Below are positions 38,092-49,606 of a stretch of 52,548 nt of DNA, piece after piece. This stretch comes from a virus. Lineage: Duplodnaviria > Caudoviricetes. Within the stretch, counting starts at the first letter, position 1; every line of letters starts with the position of its first letter. The notes beneath the pieces were generated by a model. The model was not told the origin of the DNA, did no database searches, and saw nothing but the letters and a program-made list of their open reading frames with translations. The DNA lies in IMG/VR virus record IMGVR_UViG_3300025000_000022, positions 1 to 52,548 of that record; one strand, given 5' to 3'. Both the position numbers and the translations under genes were made by a program.

Positions 38092-41000
38092 TTAAAGAGT
38101 TCTACCACCAGCTATCTTTTTAGCTATTTCATACTCTCGTTGTTCTTTACTATTACCATTATTATTACTTTTCTCATTCATAGACTGAAAAAATGGTGTA
38201 ACAAATGTATTTTTAGGTTGCTGAGAATTAACATTGATATTGTTAACTTGATTATTACCTTTTTCTTCATTGTTATTATTATTACTTATATTAACTATTA
38301 AATCTTTGTTAGCTATTTCAGCAATACCTTTTGATGTTGTATTAGTATTTATTGCAATTTCTTTTAATACGGTAATTAATTCATTAAGTGATATATTTGA
38401 ATTCTGTGAATTACTGTTATTAATGTATTCGCCCATTCTATTATTTAAACTTTCAAATATATTACGATTATATCTAATTTTAGTACTCTTATATTTATTT
38501 AAAACAGATGATGTTAAATCTCCTAAACCACCAGAGAATTTATTTGAATTAGATGAGTTATTATTAAATATAATATTACTATCTTCACCAAAACCACCAG
38601 ATGTTTTATTAAAATTAGATTGAATACTGAAATTACCATTACCTCCAACTTCTGGAGTCCAACCAGATAATTTAGAATAAGTATTTTTTATCCTACTAGA
38701 ATATATTCCTTTATTACCCCAATAACTTTTATTTTTAAATTCATCCATAAAATGTTCGAATTCAGATTTCCCACCATTATCTGGATTATATTTCGCTAAA
38801 AAGGTTTTAACTAAATTTGGACCCGTATTAGCAAAATCAGCAAGAAATGCTATTGATCTTGGATCTTTTATTTTATTAGTATCAACCCCATATTTATATA
38901 CTGGGGCTAAATTAGTATCTCTAATATATGATAAAGCCATATCATTTTGAACTTTTTGACTTACACTAATATTATCTCTAAGGAATTTTTTCAATCTTGC
39001 TCTTTGTGATTCACTCCAAGGACTTTGATTACCCCAATTTACTTGATTAGCAAAATAATTAGCTTCACTATTACCAGGTAATTGTTCATACATTCTTTGC
39101 ATTAATGATTTGGCATTGTTACCTCTCCATTGTAATATACCTATAGATGGAGAAATTGTTGCTCCAGTTGACGCATTTCTATCATTATTAGAACTAGTAT
39201 AATCACCTGATGATTCAGAACCAACAGATAATTCTAATGTTTTCTTTAAAATAGATTCTTGTAATGTTTTAGGTATAAAATTAGTTAAACTATTATTAGA
39301 ATCATTAGTTATTGAAACATTAAAATCATTACTTTTACCTTCTTCATCCCATGACACTAACTTATTCGTCCCATTCATTAAATTCTCATTATATAATGTA
39401 AATGCTTCGGTCATTTTTGCAAATAAGTCTAGTGTTGTTAATTTTTTGTTTGTTCCACTATTCAGTTCATTATTGTTATCTGACGAAACTATATTTGGAG
39501 GTAAGGTTCCACCATTATAACTAAAAGCCCAACCTTGTCTAGCTTCTTTAGTTACTTTATCAAAATTGTATAGTTTAGAAAATTTGGGTCCTCTAGGATC
39601 ATTTATTAAAACATTTCCATTTGCATCTCTTCCAACAGCAACAACATAATGTCCACCTGGCGTAAAAGGAGATTCAGTTAATGGGTATTTATCTCTTTTT
39701 CCAGATAAAATTACAGGCATACCATTATTAAGATAATTCATTGTATTAGAAGGATTAATTGTTGAAGTATCTAAACTAAAATCCTTAGCAACTTTATTAA
39801 AGTAACCCCATGTTGTTCCATCATTTGTACTATAACCACCATCTTGTGCTATTTTAGCTAATTGAGGTGGTTCATATCTTTTACCTGTTAATTGACTAAC
39901 AACCATTGCCATAGAAGTTGGTCCACAACCTCTAGCAGACAAAGTTGGATGAATTGAGTGTCCTGAACTTAAATCATATTTTGATTTTCCCCATCTATCA
40001 TCATATTGAGAATAATATGCGAAATTATTAAGTTGATTTGGTTCTTCACCAAACCCACCTTTACTCTCACTACCATTTCCACCTAATAATAAATTTATTT
40101 TATTTGTTGAATATCCCTGTTTAACTAATTGATTTGTTATATATTCATTACTTTTACCTTGTTTGCGTGCTTCTTTAATCTGATTTATAGTGCTACTTTC
40201 AGTCACTTTATTTATTAAAATTTCTACTTTGTTACTAGCAAAATCTGTTACAGATATAGCATTTCCTTTATTATCTTTAAATCCTAATAAACTACCTAGC
40301 CATTTATCAAAATTCTCAAAGGCTTTTGGTAATTTTTCAGTTAATTTTTTCCATTTTTCTGCAACAAAATCCTTTGTACTATTCCAGTATGTTCTAGCAC
40401 CTTCACTAATATCATTCCAACTATCTCTCACACCTTTTAGAATTTCATCATATTTTTTATTAAATTGAGTTGTGAAACTAACATCATCACCATTATCATC
40501 TTTAAAGCCGAATAGTTTTCCTAATGTAGTATTAGTATCTTTCATCCAATTTGATATATCATTTTTAGTTTCACTCCATGATTTTTTTACACCAGTAACA
40601 GCATTATTCCAACCATCTTTAATCGAATCAGTAAATTTAGTAACACCGTCTACAATGTTAACTCTACCAGTTTCTAAAATTCTACCAACTTTTTCTGATT
40701 TTATATAACCAAGTGTTGAACTTTCAACAAATCCACTAATACCAGATAATACTCTTTGTGTGGATGATACTTTACTATCATCAAATAAACCTAAATTAGA
40801 TCTAGTTTTATCAATACTAAAATTATTAGTGAAATCACCAAATGACGATTTATTATATAGTGTCGAAAAATCATTCTTAACTTTTGAAAGTGGATTACTA
40901 ATAAATTTTTGGAAAAAAGTTTTATTTTGTTTATCATTAAATGCATTTAAAGATAAATTGGTATTATTTTCTTTATTGTATTTATCTTTATCCTCTTCAA

Positions 41001-44000
41001 AAACTTTTTCATTCATTTCTAATTTTTTAAGTTCTTCTGAACTTGCTAGTATTGAATAAATTGTTGTAGCTACATATTGTTTTAAACTTGTTCCAGTTTG
41101 CTCATTAAATATTTCTGATAAAATATCAATTACAGGAAAGAACCCAACTAATGATTTGGTTATAGATGATGCTATTCTCATTTTTGTATCTATTGACTCT
41201 TCCCTAACTTTAAATATTCTCGATGCTTCATATGCACCTGTAGCTAAATCCCATGAGATTATCACTGGTGCTGCAAATATTTTTGCTCCAGTTTTTAAAA
41301 AAGCCATTGACAGTTTACCCATATATTTAAACATGGATTTATAATTTAATACTTTTGTGACAGTGTTTATTATTGTACTAGATATTTTTGCTGCTGCTGG
41401 ACCTAATTTATTTTTAACAAATGAATTATTAAAGAATCTCTCAAAAGTATTTTTAATAGCTTGAATAATTTTATTAGAGTCGTTTACTGTAACTTCTTTA
41501 ACTATTTTACCAGTTTCATCTGTTACCTTAAAAGATACATCTATAGCCCCATTTCTAACAACATTAGGTGTAGAAAAAGCATTTTTTAAATTAGATCCAT
41601 ATTTAACAATATTCTTTGTAAAATTAGAATTTTTTATTTTATCTGTAACTCCAGCTAAAGAATTCACTATTTTAGAACCATGTCTTCTAGCGGTAATTAA
41701 ACCACCTTTAACTAAACTTTCTCTATATTGTCCATTTATTATTTTTTTATTAGTTACTCCATTTTCATCAACATCTTGACGACTTTCATCATTTTTTTCA
41801 CCTAAATTTATTATTCCATTACCAATTTCAGGAATAGAAGGAAATTTACCTTTAATCCATTGTATAATATCTTTTAAATAAGGAATTAATAATAATAAAC
41901 CGGCTGTAAGCAATCCTTTTGAACCAAATATTGATAACCAGCTATCATGTTGACTTTTTGTAGTATCAGCAATACGTTGTAATAGTGATGTTTGTTTCAC
42001 TTCATTATTTCTGGTAAAATCTTTTTCATTTCTTAAATTATTTTGAGCTATTAAAAATCCTGCTGTTTTTCTAGAAACATCCTTTTGGTCTTGTTGTAAT
42101 TCAGATTCTTTATTTCTTTCTTTCTGTCTGTTCTCTTCTTCAATATCATTTTGATTATCAAATAAATTAAGAGCACCTAATAAGGAACTACTTATATCAC
42201 TACCCATATTTTTTAAACCTGGTGGTAAACCAGGAACATTAAATGACGAATTCCTTTGCTGTGATTGATTTATATTAAAATAAACTGGTATTGGTCTATC
42301 TGAACCAACTATTTTAACGGGAGTAATAATATTATTAGAAATAGAAGTTCCTTTTATATTATTAGTAAGATTTGATTTATTATCACCTATTTGTCTAACT
42401 ACATCAATTATACCACCTGTTATATACATTTCTGAACGATTTATACCCATTGATCTACCAATTAAATCGGCTGCAAATCTTAATGGTGAAGTAGCTATTT
42501 TAAATAATGATTTAGTAGCAGATGTTAATAATCCCCCAACACTTTTCATTACACCAAAACCAAAGTCCATAATCATTTTAGTTGATGTTAATAGAAAGTC
42601 ACCTACAACTGGAACAATACTCATGAGTCCCTTAGTAAAAGTTGAAATTGTTGAACCAATAGCTTCACCAATCCCATAAGCAACTTGACCTATACCTTTA
42701 CCAATACCTATCATTGATTCAGCAATCATTCCCATTGTACCTGAAAATAATTTAGCAACACCTTTAAGAGTTTCACCAATAGCAGGTGCTATCATTTTTA
42801 CTGATTCAGCAAATATTTTTGTAGTCTGAGCAAATAAATTTAATAATTGACCAGGTAATTTAACTATAGTTAAAAATGTCTCTTTACCTATTGATAATAT
42901 TTCAGAACCTATATTATACATAGTTGAAAATATTTGTTTAGGTACAGTAACTAATATTGTCTTACTAAAATCAAATATTTTTTTACCAACAGAAGTAATT
43001 TTATCAGTTACAAATTGAATAGAGCCCATAACTTTCTCTTTAATAGTGTCTATAGGTTTATATAACATTTTTCTAACTTTACCTAATAATCCAACTCTGT
43101 CTCTATTTGAACTACCACTTAAATCTTCATCTGATATACCTTGTTGTGATTGAATCAACTTTCTTATTTTATACACATTACCACCAACACCATCAAGCTG
43201 ACCATTAACTTCTTTAGCAATGGTTCTAACATCTCCTGCTATTTGAATTATTAATTCATCTTTTGATTTAATTCTACCAATAGATGTTTTTTTAGTTGGT
43301 TGTGTAATTTGACTAATAGTTGGCTGAGATATAGATGAATCTTCTGTTTGTTGTTGATTTATATTTGGTTGATTTGTAGGTGAAGTTGTTGATTTTTTAC
43401 CTCTTCTTCTACTCCCACCTGTTCTTTTGTTTATAACGTCTGTAACATCATCTACAATTGAAGATGTGTCACCTTGTTGAATTGAGCCTGGTAATATAAT
43501 TACACTTTGATCATTTACAGGTTTAGGATTAGGTCTACCTCTTCTTCGACCACCAGTTCTATTATTTATATTATTCGTAGTATCATTAATTGGATTTGAT
43601 GACATTTGTTCATTTCTTCGTTCTTCAGGACTTGAATATTGACCTCTAACAACTTTACCATCAGGGCTAAAATTGTCATAATTATTATTAATACCAGCTC
43701 TTTTTCTATCTCTCCATGCACTCCACATTTTTCTTATTTCTTCTCTTTTAGATCCAAATTCAGCATTAGCGTCATCTTCTCTTTTTTGTCTATCAATTTC
43801 TAACTGTTTAGCATATGGTGCACCCTGACTACTATTTCTAGCATCAGCTCTAGCTTGTCTATTGAAATAAATATCTTTAAATTTCTTTAAACCACCAAAG
43901 AAACCCATTCTTTCTTTACGTTCCCGTCTACCTTTAAAATCTAATAAGTCATTCCAACCTTCTTCTACATAAGCATCTAAACCAGCCTGCATATGTTTTT

Positions 44001-47000
44001 TAGTTAAACCTTTTGATAGACCTTCCATTCCTTTAAATGGTGCAGAAACTATACTACCAACTATTCTGCCAATTCCACCTAATATTTTTGACATAAAACC
44101 TCTTAATGGTTTCATAACTCTATCTTCCATAAATTTACCAAAAGGCACACCTACATGTTTTTCAAATACATCTCCGATAAAAGTTTTAAAACTGGTCCAA
44201 CCTTCTACAAAATTATCTTTTAAACTTCTTATCATTAATTTTATTTCATGTTTAATTGGATCAATTGCATTAAGAAATGGGTTAGCAATACTTCTTGTAA
44301 ACCATTCTTTAACATTTAAATTTATTTCTTGTAATTTAATCTTAAAGGGTTGAAGAACTTCTAAATTAGTCCAATTAATAACTTTACCTAATATACCACC
44401 TTTTCTTAATTGAGTTTCTTCATCAAATTCTCCAAATAATGCTTTTTTCCATTTTTCAGATGATAAAGCTATACCAGCAGCGGCTCCTAATAAAGCTCCA
44501 CCTAAAGGTCCACCAGGTAATAAAGCGGCACCTAATAAACCGAATTTACTTGTAATTAATCCTATACCCGCACCACCTAATATACCTGCACTAACATTAC
44601 CAAACATTTTTTTAGCCTTAGCTTTATCAACTTTACCAAATACTTTTTCAGCTATTCCACCAAGTCTAGTTCCATCTGCTTTTAAATCACCAAACATAAA
44701 TTTCTTAAACTTTTCTGAACTAGCTAACATTGATACTCCAACACCAAATAAAGCACCGCCAATAGGACCACCAGGTAAAAAGAATGAAGGTAAAAAACCA
44801 AAACCTAATATAGATTTAAGAGCTCCTAAAGTAGCACCACCAACAATACCAACTTTGTTCTTCTTAAAGAACTCTTGAGTTTTCTTAGTAACATATCCAC
44901 CAATTCTGGTTCCATTAATATCTTTAGGACCAAATAACCAATCTTTAAATTTATCTGATTGTGATAAGAAACCAACTGTGGTACCTACAATAGCTCCACC
45001 TAATGGACCACCAGGTAAAAATAATGAACCTAATAAACCTAATTTACCACCCATTAATAAACCACTACCAGCTCCAACAATACCAAATGATAATGCTTTG
45101 GGTAATCTTTCTTTAAATTTTTTAAATAAATCCCCAACTATTACATAGTTTTTATTATCTTTACCACCAATTTTACGTGGACCAAAAATAGCATCTGAAA
45201 AGTTTTGAAAACCATCTTTTATACTATTAACAGCAGTTGAAAGTACACCTTTTTCTTGTATATTACCATCTTGATTTCTTCTACCAAATAAATATGATGT
45301 TATAGTATTTTTAAAACCTGAGAACATTGATTTTAATTCACCAAATACACTCTTATTATTACTAGGAAAAGAAACTCCTGATCTATTTATATAAGCTTTA
45401 CCAGTAAAATAATATTTAGCATTATCAAATATATCTAAAAGATGATTAGATGTATCTGAAAACATTCCACCTTTTCTTTTACCAGTAGAATCTTTTAAAC
45501 CAAATAAAAAATCTGTTAATTTACTAAAATTAGATTTAACTCCTTTAAAAAATTCAGAATCTTTTAATTTAGTTATAAAACCATTAGGACCAAATAAAGA
45601 TTCTCTAATTGGAGTAAATATTTTATCTTTAAACCATTCTGTCATTGTTTGAAATTTACTTTGCATTAAAGCCCAGCTTCTATTAAGAAAAGATGAATTA
45701 CCACTTTCATCATCACCAAAAATTATCTTAAACATACTATTATCTATTTTTTTAAATACAGTATTAAGTAATTTTGCAGGAGTGTTAAAAATATCTCTTA
45801 CTTTTTCTCTTAATAAATTATATTTAGTTTGCATATCACCCGATATAAAACTTCCCAACCATCCACTCTGTTGTCTTCTATCTCTTTCAGAATCACTTCT
45901 TCTTTGTTCATCAAATATTCTAATTTGGTCTCTCATTTCTTCAGCAGTTATATCGGAATTTGATAACCTATTTACTATTTTTTTACCTTGTTGTCTATTA
46001 ATTCTTTCTAGCTCGGGTGTAATCTCAATGTCTTGTTGTGGTTTTACTTTGAATTTTCTATCTCTTTCTCTTTCTTGAGTTCTCATTCTTCTTAATTGTC
46101 TATCATGATATTCAAAACTTGGTTGAGAAACTGAACCATCCGGATTAATTAATTGAGTTACAGGAAATACTTTAATACCCCTTAATAAAATCTCTTTAAT
46201 ATCACGAAAATAATCTAAATCAGATTTACCAAATTGATCAGTTCTAGATAAAACACCAAAACCTTTTTTTACTTCAAATTGATTTCTATTATTTTTATTT
46301 CTTTTAATATGGTCATCAAAAGATAATTGATTATTAAGAATAGCCGCATTATATCTTAATGGGTCATTTTCCATATCAGTAAATATTTTTTCTTTATTCT
46401 TTCTAGCATTTAATACATCTGCACCAAACATTTTTTGTATATCACCTTTATTAAGTGATAATACTATTTGTCTAAAAAAATTATTCATTTCTTCACTACC
46501 AAAATCATGAACATTTTTCAATTCATTTATATTAGCTCCACTTTTATCTTTAGTTCTTACAGGATTTACTAATTTATTTAAAGTAGGTAGTTTTAAGAAA
46601 AAACTTTCTAAATCTTTATTAAATTTTTTTCTTTCTTCATCATTTTGAATATTAAAAGCATTAGCTTTATCTTTTATTTCACTCATAACATCTGAAAAAC
46701 TATTTAACACAGTTCTATTAACAGTACTTTGGAAATCTTTTTTCATAGAATCCATAGAATTGAATATACCTTTGTCATAATCAAATCCGACTTCTTCTTT
46801 ACCATTTAATGCAGCTAAAATCTTTCTTAAATATCCTGGTATAACTTCAGTTATAGATTTTCTTGTTTGACCATCAAAAGGAACTGCACCTTTATCATAT
46901 TGAGATAAATCGACAGATGATTTTTGTTTTACGTTTATACCAAAAACTTGACCTAAAAAATTTAATATAGGATTATCAGAACCAACCATTCTATTAGCTT

Positions 47001-48057
47001 TCATCAATAAAGCTGGAAAGAAATTTTCAAAACTTTTATTCATACTAGTTAAAGTTTGTTTTAACATTGATGGAATAAATGCAGATACTATTTTGGTAGA
47101 TAAAAAACTTATAGGTGATGCGGCTAAAAATTTTAATTGATCTTTATCTGATAACATATATTTTAACTGAGATAAAATCATATCTTGATCTACAGCTGCA
47201 CCAAATTGTTTTTTAACTAAATTAGCATAACCGGATAAATTTAATCCACCTTTAGATAAAAAAACTGATTCCATTGGATCAACTTTTTCTTTAACAACTT
47301 TCTCTTCAGATGAACCTTTTTTCATTTGATTATGAATATTATTAAATGCATTTAAACTTTCTTCATAATATTTAAAAGTTGTACTTATATATCTGGTCAT
47401 TGATTCACTTTGAAAATTAACAAGTAGGCTTAAATTATCATTTATTGCACTTAATCCTCTATTTAAATCTTCACCAAGTTTTCTATTTATCATCATATGA
47501 TTAGTAGCTAAAGATATAGATATTTTATCACTAGCTTGAGTTGTATTATATATAGCTTCAGTTTGTCTTTCTACAGCTTTGACCATAGGATTATTTCTAT
47601 TAATATTAGAAGAAACAATTACTCTATTAATAGTAGGTGAACCACTTTCAGATGTTGTTTCAGAAGATACTTTATAATCATCATTTTCAAAATTTAATTC
47701 ATCACCAAATTCAAAATCTATATCATCTTTAAATATTTCATTCTGTCTATCTTTATTATATATTTTACCTGACTTAATATCTTTTAAAGCATTTTTTATT
47801 GCCGTTTGACCTATATTAATATATTCATTCTTAACCATTTGATCTGATAATTTTTTACTTAAAGATTTACTTTGTCTTAAATCATTATAGAAATTTTTAA
47901 ATGTTTCGGTATTACTTTTAATAAAATCTATTGGTGCTGGAATCATTTCTTCAATTAATTCAGTTGTAGTATATCCTAAGGATTTACCAACATTTTTAAA
48001 CCAATTTAAAGCTGTAGGTGATTTAGATTTAATTTTAGTTCTATTTTTTATCTCCAA
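38092..48057 (-). CDS. Giant tape-measure-like virion protein with C39-like peptidase and lysozyme-like C-terminal domains
   Basis: 3321 aa, largely helical; three Gly-rich hydrophobic LPGGP(L/I)GGA repeats; YYSQ.D.RW..GCGPTSMAMV..GHYVV..INDP (C39-like); SESSGDY..SIGILQW (lysozyme-like); late promoter at 48094-48105. Confidence 0.8.
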   Translation of the reverse strand: MEIKNRTKIKSKSPTALNWFKNVGKSLGYTTTELIEEMIPAPIDFIKSNTETFKNFYNDLRQSKSLSKKLSDQMVKNEYINIGQTAIKNALKDIKSGKIYNKDRQNEIFKDDIDFEFGDELNFENDDYKVSSETTSESGSPTINRVIVSSNINRNNPMVKAVERQTEAIYNTTQASDKISISLATNHMMINRKLGEDLNRGLSAINDNLSLLVNFQSESMTRYISTTFKYYEESLNAFNNIHNQMKKGSSEEKVVKEKVDPMESVFLSKGGLNLSGYANLVKKQFGAAVDQDMILSQLKYMLSDKDQLKFLAASPISFLSTKIVSAFIPSMLKQTLTSMNKSFENFFPALLMKANRMVGSDNPILNFLGQVFGINVKQKSSVDLSQYDKGAVPFDGQTRKSITEVIPGYLRKILAALNGKEEVGFDYDKGIFNSMDSMKKDFQSTVNRTVLNSFSDVMSEIKDKANAFNIQNDEERKKFNKDLESFFLKLPTLNKLVNPVRTKDKSGANINELKNVHDFGSEEMNNFFRQIVLSLNKGDIQKMFGADVLNARKNKEKIFTDMENDPLRYNAAILNNQLSFDDHIKRNKNNRNQFEVKKGFGVLSRTDQFGKSDLDYFRDIKEILLRGIKVFPVTQLINPDGSVSQPSFEYHDRQLRRMRTQERERDRKFKVKPQQDIEITPELERINRQQGKKIVNRLSNSDITAEEMRDQIRIFDEQRRSDSERDRRQQSGWLGSFISGDMQTKYNLLREKVRDIFNTPAKLLNTVFKKIDNSMFKIIFGDDESGNSSFLNRSWALMQSKFQTMTEWFKDKIFTPIRESLFGPNGFITKLKDSEFFKGVKSNFSKLTDFLFGLKDSTGKRKGGMFSDTSNHLLDIFDNAKYYFTGKAYINRSGVSFPSNNKSVFGELKSMFSGFKNTITSYLFGRRNQDGNIQEKGVLSTAVNSIKDGFQNFSDAIFGPRKIGGKDNKNYVIVGDLFKKFKERLPKALSFGIVGAGSGLLMGGKLGLLGSLFLPGGPLGGAIVGTTVGFLSQSDKFKDWLFGPKDINGTRIGGYVTKKTQEFFKKNKVGIVGGATLGALKSILGFGFLPSFFLPGGPIGGALFGVGVSMLASSEKFKKFMFGDLKADGTRLGGIAEKVFGKVDKAKAKKMFGNVSAGILGGAGIGLITSKFGLLGAALLPGGPLGGALLGAAAGIALSSEKWKKALFGEFDEETQLRKGGILGKVINWTNLEVLQPFKIKLQEINLNVKEWFTRSIANPFLNAIDPIKHEIKLMIRSLKDNFVEGWTSFKTFIGDVFEKHVGVPFGKFMEDRVMKPLRGFMSKILGGIGRIVGSIVSAPFKGMEGLSKGLTKKHMQAGLDAYVEEGWNDLLDFKGRRERKERMGFFGGLKKFKDIYFNRQARADARNSSQGAPYAKQLEIDRQKREDDANAEFGSKREEIRKMWSAWRDRKRAGINNNYDNFSPDGKVVRGQYSSPEERRNEQMSSNPINDTTNNINNRTGGRRRGRPNPKPVNDQSVIILPGSIQQGDTSSIVDDVTDVINKRTGGSRRRGKKSTTSPTNQPNINQQQTEDSSISQPTISQITQPTKKTSIGRIKSKDELIIQIAGDVRTIAKEVNGQLDGVGGNVYKIRKLIQSQQGISDEDLSGSSNRDRVGLLGKVRKMLYKPIDTIKEKVMGSIQFVTDKITSVGKKIFDFSKTILVTVPKQIFSTMYNIGSEILSIGKETFLTIVKLPGQLLNLFAQTTKIFAESVKMIAPAIGETLKGVAKLFSGTMGMIAESMIGIGKGIGQVAYGIGEAIGSTISTFTKGLMSIVPVVGDFLLTSTKMIMDFGFGVMKSVGGLLTSATKSLFKIATSPLRFAADLIGRSMGINRSEMYITGGIIDVVRQIGDNKSNLTNNIKGTSISNNIITPVKIVGSDRPIPVYFNINQSQQRNSSFNVPGLPPGLKNMGSDISSSLLGALNLFDNQNDIEEENRQKERNKESELQQDQKDVSRKTAGFLIAQNNLRNEKDFTRNNEVKQTSLLQRIADTTKSQHDSWLSIFGSKGLLTAGLLLLIPYLKDIIQWIKGKFPSIPEIGNGIINLGEKNDESRQDVDENGVTNKKIINGQYRESLVKGGLITARRHGSKIVNSLAGVTDKIKNSNFTKNIVKYGSNLKNAFSTPNVVRNGAIDVSFKVTDETGKIVKEVTVNDSNKIIQAIKNTFERFFNNSFVKNKLGPAAAKISSTIINTVTKVLNYKSMFKYMGKLSMAFLKTGAKIFAAPVIISWDLATGAYEASRIFKVREESIDTKMRIASSITKSLVGFFPVIDILSEIFNEQTGTSLKQYVATTIYSILASSEELKKLEMNEKVFEEDKDKYNKENNTNLSLNAFNDKQNKTFFQKFISNPLSKVKNDFSTLYNKSSFGDFTNNFSIDKTRSNLGLFDDSKVSSTQRVLSGISGFVESSTLGYIKSEKVGRILETGRVNIVDGVTKFTDSIKDGWNNAVTGVKKSWSETKNDISNWMKDTNTTLGKLFGFKDDNGDDVSFTTQFNKKYDEILKGVRDSWNDISEGARTYWNSTKDFVAEKWKKLTEKLPKAFENFDKWLGSLLGFKDNKGNAISVTDFASNKVEILINKVTESSTINQIKEARKQGKSNEYITNQLVKQGYSTNKINLLLGGNGSESKGGFGEEPNQLNNFAYYSQYDDRWGKSKYDLSSGHSIHPTLSARGCGPTSMAMVVSQLTGKRYEPPQLAKIAQDGGYSTNDGTTWGYFNKVAKDFSLDTSTINPSNTMNYLNNGMPVILSGKRDKYPLTESPFTPGGHYVVAVGRDANGNVLINDPRGPKFSKLYNFDKVTKEARQGWAFSYNGGTLPPNIVSSDNNNELNSGTNKKLTTLDLFAKMTEAFTLYNENLMNGTNKLVSWDEEGKSNDFNVSITNDSNNSLTNFIPKTLQESILKKTLELSVGSESSGDYTSSNNDRNASTGATISPSIGILQWRGNNAKSLMQRMYEQLPGNSEANYFANQVNWGNQSPWSESQRARLKKFLRDNISVSQKVQNDMALSYIRDTNLAPVYKYGVDTNKIKDPRSIAFLADFANTGPNLVKTFLAKYNPDNGGKSEFEHFMDEFKNKSYWGNKGIYSSRIKNTYSKLSGWTPEVGGNGNFSIQSNFNKTSGGFGEDSNIIFNNNSSNSNKFSGGLGDLTSSVLNKYKSTKIRYNRNIFESLNNRMGEYINNSNSQNSNISLNELITVLKEIAINTNTTSKGIAEIANKDLIVNISNNNNNEEKGNNQVNNINVNSQQPKNTFVTPFFQSMNEKSNNNGNSKEQREYEIAKKIAGGRTL

Positions 48058-48202
48058 TTTAGTTTACAACTCCTTTCGTTAAAATTAATTGTTTAAATTA
48101 ATGTTTTTTCATTAAACAAAGACCATAATATAAAAAATATTATATTTATATATTATTATTTTAATAATCACTGAAATATTAAATGTTGGATAAGGAGAAT
48201 AA

Positions 48203-48634
48203 TTGTTACATATGAAAAATAATAAAAAAATTTTTTGTATAGAAAAAGACAAAAATGTTAATATTAATGAACTTATTAATAAAACTTTACTTCAAATTAT
48301 TTTCACTAATAACCAAAGAAAAATAGTTTTTTATTGTTCCGATGGAACAATATATAGTATGTATCATGAACGTGATTGTTGTGAAATTGTTTATATAGAA
48401 GATATAATCGGTGACACTAAAAATTTAATTAATTCACCAATTTTAATGGCAGAAAAAATAACTAATTCAGGTTATAAAAATAAAAAAGAAACACGTTATA
48501 CATGGACATTTTATAAATTTGCAACTATAAAAGATTATGTAACTATCAGATGGTATGGTTACTCTAACGGTTATTATTCTGAAGAAGTTAGTTTTAAACA
48601 AATAACCAAATTAATTTTAAGGAGTTGTTTTTAA
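48203..48634 (+). CDS. Conserved phage hypothetical protein
   Basis: YHERDCCE.VYIEDI.GD..TWTFYK.AT.K.YVTIRWYG.SNGYYSE is a motif I recognise from a widespread phage family of unknown function. Confidence 0.75.
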   Translation: MLHMKNNKKIFCIEKDKNVNINELINKTLLQIIFTNNQRKIVFYCSDGTIYSMYHERDCCEIVYIEDIIGDTKNLINSPILMAEKITNSGYKNKKETRYTWTFYKFATIKDYVTIRWYGYSNGYYSEEVSFKQITKLILRSCF

Positions 48635-48978
48635 TGAATCAAGATTGTTCTGTAAAAATTAAATTATTAGAATGTGAATTTAATGAAATACAAAATATTT
48701 TATTAAAATTAGATATAAATTTAAAAAATTTAGTTAATACTTCCATAAGAGCAGCCCTTTATGATATAAATAACAAAGGTTATTATATGAGAACTGATAA
48801 ATTTTCAATTGATAAAAGAACTAAACTATACAGTTTAAAGATTAAATTAAATTTATATAAACAATTACAAGAAATTAGTAATAATATTGATTTAAACATT
48901 AGAAGTTTAATTAGAGATATATTGTTAATATATCCTAAGTTAATTTATGAATATAAACAATTTATATTAATAAAATAA
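48625..48978 (+). CDS. Possible tandem ribbon-helix-helix DNA-binding protein
   Basis: Two similar units, VKIKL...NEIQNI....DINLKNLV and YSLKI...YKQLQEI....DLNIRSLIR. Confidence 0.45.
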   Translation: MFLMNQDCSVKIKLLECEFNEIQNILLKLDINLKNLVNTSIRAALYDINNKGYYMRTDKFSIDKRTKLYSLKIKLNLYKQLQEISNNIDLNIRSLIRDILLIYPKLIYEYKQFILIK

Positions 48979-49063
48979 ATATTATTAGTTTGTCTGTTCA
49001 AATAGATAAAGAAAATATACTTATATTATAATCGAAATACATTAAATAAAAGGAGGAATAAAA

Positions 49064-49504
49064 ATGAATAATGTTCTTATTGAAAAAGACTGTAAAATTG
49101 TTGATGTAGTTAAAGATAAAGAAAATGAAGTGGATTGGGAAGATATAAGTATTATGCAAACTTTGTCTGAAGAGTTTATTAAAAAATTTAAAAATAGAGT
49201 AAATTGGAGTAGTATAAGTTATAATCAAACTTTATCTGAAGACTTTATTAGAGAGTTTGAAGATAGAATTAATTGGGGATTTATAAGTTGTAAACAAACT
49301 TTATCTGAAGACTTTATTAGAGAGTTTGAAGATAGATTATGTTGGGAGGATATAAGTTTTTATCAAACTTTGTCTGAAGAGTTCATTAGAGAATTTCAGG
49401 ATAAAGTTGATTGGGATATTATAATTCGTAAACAAATTTTATCTGGAGACTTTATTAGAGAGTTTATAAATTTAAATAGAATAAAGTTAGCTAGGAGATT
49501 ATAA
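49064..49504 (+). CDS. 23-aa tryptophan-repeat protein, paralogue 1 (3' end degenerate)
   Basis: Five QxLSE(D/E)FIxxF....W-type units; another repeat remnant lies after the stop at about 49505-49535. Confidence 0.8.
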   Translation: MNNVLIEKDCKIVDVVKDKENEVDWEDISIMQTLSEEFIKKFKNRVNWSSISYNQTLSEDFIREFEDRINWGFISCKQTLSEDFIREFEDRLCWEDISFYQTLSEEFIREFQDKVDWDIIIRKQILSGDFIREFINLNRIKLARRL

Positions 49505-49606
49505 AGTTTTTATCAAACTTTGTCTGAAGAATTCAAAAGACAAAATTATTTATAAATATATATTATAATTAAGATAATTAATAAAAAATTAAAGGGATGA
49601 ATTAAA

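Noticed and set aside
5495-48057. Stop-codon reassignment
   Set aside because: Very long ORFs are intact in the standard code, and TAA, TAG and TGA all end genes next to terminators or downstream starts.
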